64,000 bases of DNA from Alphaproteobacteria bacterium (GTDB lineage: Bacteria; Pseudomonadota; Alphaproteobacteria; Rs-D84), in contig JAFRSV010000007.1 of the NCBI GenBank assembly GCA_017427405.1, forward strand, positions 5 to 64,004. Direction: 5' to 3'. The notes beneath the pieces are model-generated. The model had not been told where the DNA came from, did no database searches, and was given only the letters and a program-made list of their open reading frames with translations. Below are positions 8,714 through 16,200 of the stretch, piece after piece; position 1 is the first letter of the stretch; every line of letters starts with the position of its first letter. Made by a program: the position numbers and the translations under genes.

Positions 8714-9373
8714 ATGGTTGATATTATAATTTCTGGGGAAATGGGAAAATTGCATGCGGTTTATCACAAGGCGGTCGATGATGATGCGCCACTCGCCGTT
8801 GTGTTGTCGGGCAATCCGCGGCAAAAGTGTCATATGAATGACCGGATTTCTTACGCCATGTTTCGGGCGTTTATGGATATTGGTTTTTCGGTTGTGCGGT
8901 TTAACTATCGGGGCGTTGGTGATTCCGAAGGTACGCTTGGGACGACGGCGGATAATATGTTGGACATTGCAACGGTTATCGATTGGATTCAAAATCATAA
9001 CGAAGATAGTGATAAAATATGGATTGCCGGGCATCAGTTGGGTGCGTGGTATGTTTTGCAAATGCTGATGCGGCGGCCGGAAATTTCGGGGTTTGTGTTG
9101 GTATCGCCCGATACGGCGATGTCTGACTTTGCGTTTTTGTCGCCACGGCCGAATCGTGGTCTGTTGCTTCAGGGTGCCGAAGAATCGGAAGAAGCAAAAC
9201 ATTTTTCCGAACACCTGACCCAGGTATTGAAAAAACAGGCACAGATAAGTTTGGAAACAATTCGTATAAAAAATGCGAATCAAAACTATTCTGCGTCCGC
9301 CGATTTGCGCCAGATGTATAATGACCTAAAGGCGTATGTTGGACGCGAAAATGCGGATACCAAGTTATTATAA
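8714..9373 (+). CDS. Alpha/beta-hydrolase-fold protein (COG2945-like, 219 aa)
   Basis: In-frame ATG 8714 with RBS AAGAAGGTGG. The track's upstream extension from 8522 is low-complexity and overlaps the divergent gene. Motifs LAVVLSG, RFNYRGVGDSEG, nucleophile-elbow position IAGHQLGAW. Confidence 0.7.
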   Translation: MVDIIISGEMGKLHAVYHKAVDDDAPLAVVLSGNPRQKCHMNDRISYAMFRAFMDIGFSVVRFNYRGVGDSEGTLGTTADNMLDIATVIDWIQNHNEDSDKIWIAGHQLGAWYVLQMLMRRPEISGFVLVSPDTAMSDFAFLSPRPNRGLLLQGAEESEEAKHFSEHLTQVLKKQAQISLETIRIKNANQNYSASADLRQMYNDLKAYVGRENADTKLL

Positions 9374-9385
9374 CGGGAAAGTGCG

Positions 9386-10381
9386 ATGGAAAATGCAATA
9401 AACGACCGTTTTATGAATCCAAATGTACCAGATGAAATTGCCGTGTCGATTCGGCCAAAGACATTGTCTGATTTTATTGGGCATGAATCGTTAAAGCAAA
9501 ATTTGTCGGTGTTTATATCCGGGGCGCGGGCGCGCGGCGAACCAATGGACCATGTGTTGCTTTATGGGCCGCCGGGACTTGGGAAAACAACCCTTGCCCA
9601 CATTGTTGCAAATGAATTGGGTGCGAATTTTCGTGCGACATCGGCGCCGATGCTGACCAAGCAAGGGGATTTGGCGGCGATACTTACCGCACTGGAACCG
9701 ATGGATGTTTTATTTATTGACGAAATTCATCGCTTGCCCACGGCGATAGAGGAAGTTTTGTATTCCGCAATGGAAGATTTCAAGTTGGATATCATGCTTG
9801 GCGAAGGGCCGTCGGCAAAAAGTGTGCGTATCGACCTGCCCCCGTTTACTTTGGTTGGGGCGACGACACGGACGGGACTTTTGTCTAACCCGTTGCGCGA
9901 CCGGTTTGGGATTGATTTGCGGCTAAGTTTTTATTCGCCCACCGATTTGGCAAAAATTATTCGGCGCAGTGCGGGGATATTGGGAACCGAAATTGATGAA
10001 GGTGGGGCGTTGTTATTGGCCAAAAGTTCGCGCGGAACGCCGCGTATCGCGAATCGTTTATTAAAGCGCGCACGTGATTTCGCCGCGGCAACGGGAAACA
10101 GTATAATTACGGAAAACGTGGTGCGGACAACATTGGAACAGTTACATATAGATTCTGATGGCCTGGACCAGGTTGACCGTGAATATATCAATGCGATTAT
10201 AATGCATTATGCGGGTGGACCGGTTGGAATTGATAATTTGTCGGCGGCGCTTTCGGAACCAGCGGATACTATCGAAGATGTAATCGAACCGTATTTAATG
10301 CAATTGGGTTTGATACAGCGAACACCACGCGGGCGAATTGTAACGGACGCGGGATATAAACATATGGGGCTAGAGAAATAG
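9386..10381 (+). CDS. ruvB: Holliday junction branch migration ATPase RuvB
   Basis: 331 aa. Walker [10 protein letters not shown], Walker [10 protein letters not shown], sensor [17 protein letters not shown]-terminal winged helix. Confidence 0.95.
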   Translation: MENAINDRFMNPNVPDEIAVSIRPKTLSDFIGHESLKQNLSVFISGARARGEPMDHVLLYGPPGLGKTTLAHIVANELGANFRATSAPMLTKQGDLAAILTALEPMDVLFIDEIHRLPTAIEEVLYSAMEDFKLDIMLGEGPSAKSVRIDLPPFTLVGATTRTGLLSNPLRDRFGIDLRLSFYSPTDLAKIIRRSAGILGTEIDEGGALLLAKSSRGTPRIANRLLKRARDFAAATGNSIITENVVRTTLEQLHIDSDGLDQVDREYINAIIMHYAGGPVGIDNLSAALSEPADTIEDVIEPYLMQLGLIQRTPRGRIVTDAGYKHMGLEK

Positions 10382-10383
10382 TT

Positions 10384-10764
10384 ATGGATGTGCATAAATT
10401 TAAATTTTCGGTGGCGTATGCGGATACTGATGCCGGGGGTATAATGTATCATGGGCGGTATATTGAAATTGCGGAACGCGCACGTATGAATTGGCTTGGA
10501 CGAAATGCGCGGCCAAATCCGGCGGATGTTGGTTTGGTGATTCGTGATTTACAGATTCGGTATTTACGGCCGCTGTTTTTGTGTGATGAATTCGTGGTTG
10601 AAACGCGATTGTTAAAGGTTGGCGCGGCATCTGTGTCTGTAGAACAAAAATTCGTGAAAAATGATGAAATTTGTGCTATACTTACCGGGACGGCGGCGTA
10701 TTTGGATGCGAATGGTCGTCCGGCCTGTTTGCCAGATGTGTTGGTGAATGCGTTAAAAAAGTAA
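10384..10764 (+). CDS. ybgC: Tol-Pal-associated acyl-CoA thioesterase (4HBT family)
   Basis: 126 aa. Signature YADTDAGGIMYHGRY matches the YbgC hot-dog motif Y.DTDAGG..YH.RY. Lies immediately upstream of tolQ. Confidence 0.85.
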   Translation: MDVHKFKFSVAYADTDAGGIMYHGRYIEIAERARMNWLGRNARPNPADVGLVIRDLQIRYLRPLFLCDEFVVETRLLKVGAASVSVEQKFVKNDEICAILTGTAAYLDANGRPACLPDVLVNALKK

Positions 10765-10779
10765 TAAAAAGGAAGTAAT

Positions 10780-11232
10780 ATGAATACATTTTCGTTATGG
10801 AAACTGTTTACGACCGATATTGTGACGGCGATTGCGTCAATTGTGTTGGTTGTGTTTAGTGTTTTGTCTTGGGCGGTGATTGTGGAAAAAATCCGACTTT
10901 TTCGGCATGCGCGGCGGCAAAGGCCAAGTGGAAATCCAGATGTGGCGATTCGGCCGTTTGATAAAAACCTTTGGTTTTTGGCGATGGTTGCGTATATTTC
11001 GCCGTTTATCGGTCTTTTCGGGACGGTTTGGGGTGTTATGGATTCGTTTTCATCGATTGGTGCAAATCAATCGGTAAGTATTGGTGTTATTGCGCCGGGA
11101 CTTGCAATCGCACTTGGAACAACGGCGTTGGGGTTGATTGTGGCGATACCGGCGGCAATCGCACACCAGATTTTTTCCAAACGTGCCGATGATTTATATG
11201 ATTCTTTGGGGGAAAATAAACATGGTGCGTAA
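10780..11232 (+). CDS. tolQ: Tol system proton-channel protein TolQ (unusually short, 150 aa)
   Basis: MotA/TolQ/ExbB signature GLFGTVWGVMDSF and TM3 GLAIALGTTALGLIVAIPA. Three TM helices. Its position between ybgC and tolR supports the call. Confidence 0.85.
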   Translation: MNTFSLWKLFTTDIVTAIASIVLVVFSVLSWAVIVEKIRLFRHARRQRPSGNPDVAIRPFDKNLWFLAMVAYISPFIGLFGTVWGVMDSFSSIGANQSVSIGVIAPGLAIALGTTALGLIVAIPAAIAHQIFSKRADDLYDSLGENKHGA

Positions 11233-11623
11233 AAGAAGGTGGATTTCGGATGCAACAATAACATTGACACCGATGATTGACGTTATGACGGTGTTGCTTG
11301 CCGTGTTTATGGTGACAACACCGATGATGACGAACGGTATTGATTTGGATTTGCCGAACGCCGGAACGACGGTTTTAACCGGCACCGACCACGCGATGCA
11401 GGTTAGTGTCGATTCGGCCGGGCGATATTATTTGGGAACGGTGGAATTGCCGGCGGACGAAGTTGTGACGCGTGCGGTTGCAATGCGCGGGGAAAATCCA
11501 AACCTGACCATCGTTATAAATGGCGATAGGCATGCGGACTATGGCGCGGTTATGAATGTTATGGGAAAATTAAAGACCGCGGGATTCCAAAAAATTGGCC
11601 TTAGGACAAAACTGGAAAATTAA
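11222..11623 (+). CDS. tolR: Tol system protein TolR (ExbD/TolR family, 133 aa)
   Basis: In-frame ATG 11222 overlaps the tolQ stop by 11 nt and follows a GGGGGAAAA RBS. N-terminus MVRKRRWISDATITLTPMIDVMTVLLAVFMV is a typical ExbD/TolR TM region. The track start 11138 would lie deep inside tolQ. Confidence 0.85.
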   Translation: MVRKRRWISDATITLTPMIDVMTVLLAVFMVTTPMMTNGIDLDLPNAGTTVLTGTDHAMQVSVDSAGRYYLGTVELPADEVVTRAVAMRGENPNLTIVINGDRHADYGAVMNVMGKLKTAGFQKIGLRTKLEN

Positions 11624-11626
11624 AAT

Positions 11627-12385
11627 ATGGTGCGGTTCAATCATTTTACATCTGAAAATATCGGCCTTTCGGTTTTGGGGCATTTGGGGGCGGTGTGCGT
11701 GTTGGTCTTTATTGCGGGGGTTGTGATTGGCGAACGCGAACATTTTGTCGCGCCCGACCGGGTTCAGATTATGATGATTGATTTATCCCAGGTAAAAATT
11801 ACCGGCGAAGAATCCGTTTTATATAACACAACGGTGCCGGATAAAAAGGAAGAAAAAGAACCGGTAAAAGAACCGGAAATAAAGCCAACACCGGAACAAG
11901 ATGCCGCGGCAAAAACCGAACAAAAAATCGAAACACCGACCGTGATTTCCGAAGAAAAACCCGAAGAAAAGCAAGAAAATAAGCCCAAGGATGAAAAGCC
12001 CGACGACAAACCAGCGACAGTAAAAAAGACGGTTGTTCGTGTGAATCGGAATACGACATCGCTGCATACGGGATTGTCGGTTTCAATTATTGATGCGTTG
12101 CGGTATAAAATGACGCGATGTTGGGTGATTGATACATCGCGGCCCGATATTTCGGGGATTCGTGCGGTGGCGCATTTAACGATGCGGACAAACGGAACGG
12201 TCGCAAATGTGTGGTTTGAAGGGGCGTCGGCGGCGGAACGCGACCCGGCGTTTGCGTATGTGTTGGATACAATACGTAATGCAATAAACGCGTGCCAACC
12301 CTTGGACATGTTGCCGCGCGAAGAATACAAAATGTGGCGTGAGATTCAGCTTACTTTTTACCCCGCCCAAGGAACGGTTATGTAA
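11627..12385 (+). CDS. tolA: TolA-like protein (252 aa)
   Basis: N-terminal TM helix, central Lys/Glu/Pro-rich spacer (EKEPVKEPEIKPTPEQ...), C-terminal globular TonB/TolA-like domain. Follows tolR. Confidence 0.75.
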   Translation: MVRFNHFTSENIGLSVLGHLGAVCVLVFIAGVVIGEREHFVAPDRVQIMMIDLSQVKITGEESVLYNTTVPDKKEEKEPVKEPEIKPTPEQDAAAKTEQKIETPTVISEEKPEEKQENKPKDEKPDDKPATVKKTVVRVNRNTTSLHTGLSVSIIDALRYKMTRCWVIDTSRPDISGIRAVAHLTMRTNGTVANVWFEGASAAERDPAFAYVLDTIRNAINACQPLDMLPREEYKMWREIQLTFYPAQGTVM

Positions 12386-12430
12386 GTGTAAGTGTAAGTG
12401 TAAGTGTTAGTGTTAGTGTTAGTGTTAGTG
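12382..12430 (+). repeat. Hexamer microsatellite (GTAAGT)4(GTTAGT)4
   Basis: Eight perfect tandem hexamers. The tolA stop codon TAA (12383-12385) is the TAA of the first GTAAGT unit. Confidence 0.95.
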
Positions 12431-12565
12431 CGGGCGCGATGCGCCCGTTGTCTTTGTCATACCGCCGAAATGCGGTATTCTGTCGTCACATTTGAAATCA
12501 CCAGATACCGCTTTGCAGCGGTATGACGGCTTTACTGGCCACTAACACTGATTACTAACACTAAT
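12431..12565. repeat. Hairpin triplet plus inverted ACTAAC arm completing a composite palindromic element
   Basis: GC hairpin CGGGCGCGATGCGCCCG (12431-12447). Two hairpins share the stem ATACCGC/GCGGTAT (12459-12478, 12505-12524). Inverted arm CCACTAACACTGATTACTAACACTAAT ends near 12565. Same architecture as 3805-3954. Confidence 0.8.
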
Positions 12566-12710
12566 AAACTACCCCACCGGCTTTCGCCGGTCCCCCCCCT
12601 TCACACAGTGAAGGAAACTACCCCGTCCGCTTCGCGTCCACCCCTTCACACAGTGAAGGAAACTACCCCGTCCGCTTCGCGTCCACCCCTTCACACAGTG
12701 AAGGGGAACT
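12566..12710. repeat. 45-bp tandem repeat (about 3 copies)
   Basis: Unit CCCCTTCACACAGTGAAGGAAACTACCCCGTCCGCTTCGCGTCCA is identical at 12596-12640 and 12641-12685. A partial third copy runs from 12686 and a degenerate copy lies upstream (12566-12595). Each unit contains the 7-bp hairpin CCTTCAC-ACA-GTGAAGG. Confidence 0.9.
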
Positions 12711-12732
12711 AAAAATCGCCCCGATTGGGGCG
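12711..12732 (-). terminator. Rho-independent terminator of rnpB
   Basis: Minus-strand hairpin CGCCCC-AATC-GGGGCG followed by ATTTTT, a few nt after the predicted 3' end of RNase P RNA. Confidence 0.7.
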
Positions 12733-12737
12733 GATGC

Positions 12738-13070
12738 CGTGATAGCCGAATGATAAGCCGGATTCTGTTCCGCCCATATTCAGTGTTGTTCCGGCGCGTT
12801 CAACACCAAACACATGGGTGGCAGGCATAATTAATCTGTGCAATGTGTTACCACAAAGCATCAAGCCCTCTACCCGCCTCCGATTCGGGACAAATCATAG
12901 AGGCCTATTTGAAGTTGCTGCACACAGAGATTGCCCGTTTCACCCGGGTTAAACCCGTATCGTCACTGTTGCTCTAATCGTCAGATTGCTCTGCCCGGTA
13001 ATTGGCCGGTGTGCTGTCCCGCGCAGTCCGGACTTTCCTCCGCCACGGAAAAAGTCGCGACGGCTATGCC
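12738..13070 (-). ncRNA. rnpB: RNase P RNA, bacterial type A (about 333 nt; ends approximate)
   Basis: The reverse complement contains GGAGGAAAGTCCGGAC (CR-I), GCAACAG, GGGTGAAACGGG, CAAATAGG, GGGTAGAGGGCTTGA and ACAGAATCCGGCTTATC (CR-V). These are in the same order as in E. coli M1 RNA. P1 pairing ATAGCCG/CGGCTAT. Confidence 0.9.
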
Positions 13071-13088
13071 TTTATTCAACTATTCGTG

Positions 13089-13119
13089 ATTATAATACGC
13101 AAATGAAAAAAAATTGCAA
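13089..13119 (-). promoter_or_regulatory. Candidate rnpB promoter
   Basis: Minus strand: TTGCAA (13119-13114), 19-nt spacer, TATAAT (13094-13089), about 20 nt upstream of P1. The spacer is longer than optimal. Confidence 0.3.
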
Positions 13120-13159
13120 ATACTTTTTATAAAAATTTGCAAAAAAAGTATTTTTTCGG

Positions 13160-13188
13160 TTGCGCAAATTTACGTGATTTTCTACACT
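13160..13188 (+). promoter_or_regulatory. Candidate promoter of the giant ORF
   Basis: TTGCGC (13160-13165), 17-nt spacer containing ACGTGATTTT, TACACT (13183-13188), 32 nt upstream of ATG 13220. Confidence 0.4.
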
Positions 13189-13219
13189 GAGGTTATAGGA
13201 ATGGAAGGAAAGGGATTGA

Positions 13220-16200
13220 ATGTCACGTTTTCTGCGGTTTTTTAGTGCTTTGGTCGTTGTGGTTGTGTGTGCGCTTTATGGGGCATCTCTTTATTCTGCC
13301 ACAAGTTCTGGATCAACGCCAAGTACTACGATTTATTTGGATGATGATGGGGCAAAATACCCAAGTGTGCCTTCGACGCTTAGCTATAATAGTTCAACAC
13401 ATCAGTTGTCGGGTTTACCGTTAACAAGTACACCATATAAACCTGGATATCTTTATGCGGGGCATACCACAGAACAAGATTGTCAGGGTAATTTAATAAT
13501 AGATCATACTGGAGCCAAGCACGTTTATAGAGATGTTACTGAGATCGATGCGAACACGTTATATGCTTGTTGGGTGCCGGCTATTTATCTAAATTATAAG
13601 CCGGCCATATCAGATGTGGTGTACAGGAAGGTCTTTGTGTTGAATGGTAATGGCAGTTATAATGCCGGTAGTTTTGTTAATTCTATACAGGCTTCAAATT
13701 ACCAAACCGCAACTTGGGGGGGCAATGGTCAGAATTTTCAGGTAAGATATGAAAATCGTGGTGATTGGGTTTTCTTGGGTTATTATAATGGGAATTATAA
13801 GTGGTTAGTGCCAAGTAGTAGCCCAAATTCTATGATAGGACCGTTACAGGAGATTACTGGTGCTATAATCTTGGGTGGATATGATTTTGGTGGGTATTAC
13901 GAAAATATGAGTTCTCCGTGGGGGGCGGAGATTGTTGATAGTTCAAAGCAGTTGATAGATGCGAATCTGTTACCGTGGGATGCAGGTGTTTTTACTGGTT
14001 GGTACAATGAAATATATGCCAAGTGGGATCCGGCGGTTTATACCGTGACATTGAGTGGACAAAACGTTTCACCGAGTACGGTGTATCTAAAGTATGGTGT
14101 GGGTTGGTATGACACATTGGCGCATGCTCAGGCTGGTGGAACTACGGGTCTTTTGTCTGGATTGACAACGCCGCCGTCTGGAACAAGTGGTCAAGTTTTT
14201 GGCGGATACTATGCTCATGATTTGGGGTCTTTTGGGTGGGTCAAAGTTATTGAAGATGACGGACAGTTCATTATGAGCCAGACGGCGTTAACATCGATAC
14301 AAATGAATGGAACTTTGACGCCAAGTTGGAATAATTCCACATGGGCGACGTTAACAATAAATGATATGGATGAACAGACCGCGACACAACCAAAACCGTT
14401 GTATTATTCGTTGTCTGGCTGTCCAAATAATTATTATCGTGCAAATCCATATTGTTCCGATCAACAGGTGACGCAGGTTAGTATACCGCAAAAAAGTGGT
14501 TGGGTATATTATGGGCATTACGATGGTATTGGTGGAGCCGGAAATCAATATATAAACAGTATCGGTGTAATTCAAAGAGTTGTGCATTCTGATGCAAACA
14601 TATATGCGAAATGGCTTTTTAATGTGTCGTATGCAGCGGGCGAAGGTGCCAGTGGTGATCAACCTGCGGATCCGTATGCTTGTATATATGGGGTGGCATG
14701 CAATGCGCCACAGAATACATATACGAATTCCAATACTGGTATGACTTTTGCCGGATGGGCCTGTACAATATATGGTGGACAACACAATGGGACTAGTTGT
14801 GGAACGTATTTGGCGGGTCAGGATTTGTCGGGGGCGACAAGCGGCAAACAGGGAGCGACCGGTATTATCCTGACCGCGACATGGGCATCGACGGGTAATT
14901 ATCATAAATTAAATTTAAAGCCGAATAATGGCGGCTCAAGCATAAGTGATCCATATATTTATCAACGTTATGGTGTTGGGTTCTTTAAGAACAATAATAC
15001 CACGTATCCGATAACAACATCTATATTTGCACCATTGGGTAGCGGTGGTGCCGGTATTTCGCAACCAACGAACGGAACAAAGGTTTTTGATGGGTATTGG
15101 ACGACAACGAATAATAGCGGAATAAAGGTAATTAAAGAAAATGGTATTATATCGGTTGGTGCGACACAATTTCCAAACACAACAGGTTCCACAAATTTGT
15201 ATGCGCATTGGTTAACACCGCAAGAAATTGCTTTAAAAGCGGGGCAAATGGGTGACAGCGCCAGTTGGGGAACTTGTGGTGTTAATAGTATTCTGGTGGT
15301 TCCGGGGCATCCCCCGTTGCAGGATTCGTTAAGTTGTGGCCCAACGTGGGCAGGACATACCTTCCTAGGATATTATGACGAGAATGGAACACAATATTAT
15401 GATGGTAATAGAAACGCCATGTATGATGAATGGCCGGCAGCAAATGCCCCAGAAATGCTCTTTGGACATTGGGCACCGAATACATATGCGGTAAATTATT
15501 CTTGTACCGAAGGTGGTTCTGTTGTGCATACGGATTATGTTGTCAATGGTGCAACATATACGGTATGGGACGGTTCGGATGTGTGTAATACCGCCGCTAC
15601 ATCATCAGCCCCCGGTTCCCCCGGTTCCCCCGGTTCCAAGTTGACCCGGTGGGAAACTGTTGTCAGTGGTGGTATCGGGACTTCGGCAATGTATAATCCC
15701 GGGCAAGAATATAATTCGTTTAGTATTATAGCGAACTTGAATTTAAAGGGTACTTATTCCAATATCTATGTTGTGAATTTGGATCATATGGGAAACACCC
15801 CAGATATGCCATTGACCAATGTTCCATCACCGGATACCGTGTATTATGCGCAAAGAAAGTGGTACAGCGATAACAGAGCAATTACTCAAATAAATCAGAT
15901 GAATTTGGCCCCGGAAAAGATAGGGTATGACTTTAACGGATATCGGACACAGAATGATGGTGGAACAAATGTTGGCGCGTTTAATAATAATCTTAACTCT
16001 GATGTAATAACCGTAAATAATTCCACAATATATGCATATTGGCGACCAACGGTGTATGCGATACGTTTGAATCCGGGTGCAGGCAATGGTGGCACCGAGG
16101 AATTATATTACCGAATCGACAAGGGATGGGATGATGAAAATGATTTTGTGTCACCTACGAACATAACGGCGATTACGCCACCGACCCCACCGACCGGCGA

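Noticed and set aside
12382-12565. GTAAGT and TACTAAC strings resemble the eukaryotic 5' splice-site and yeast branch-point consensus
   Set aside because: The context is bacterial (tol genes, RNase P RNA, SD-led ORFs). The motifs occur as microsatellite arms of palindromic intergenic elements and do not flank coding segments. I treat the resemblance as coincidental.
12566-12710. Possible CRISPR array (regular direct repeats with hairpins)
   Set aside because: The 45-bp units are directly adjacent with no unique spacers, there are only about three copies, and no cas genes are in the window. This is a plain tandem repeat.
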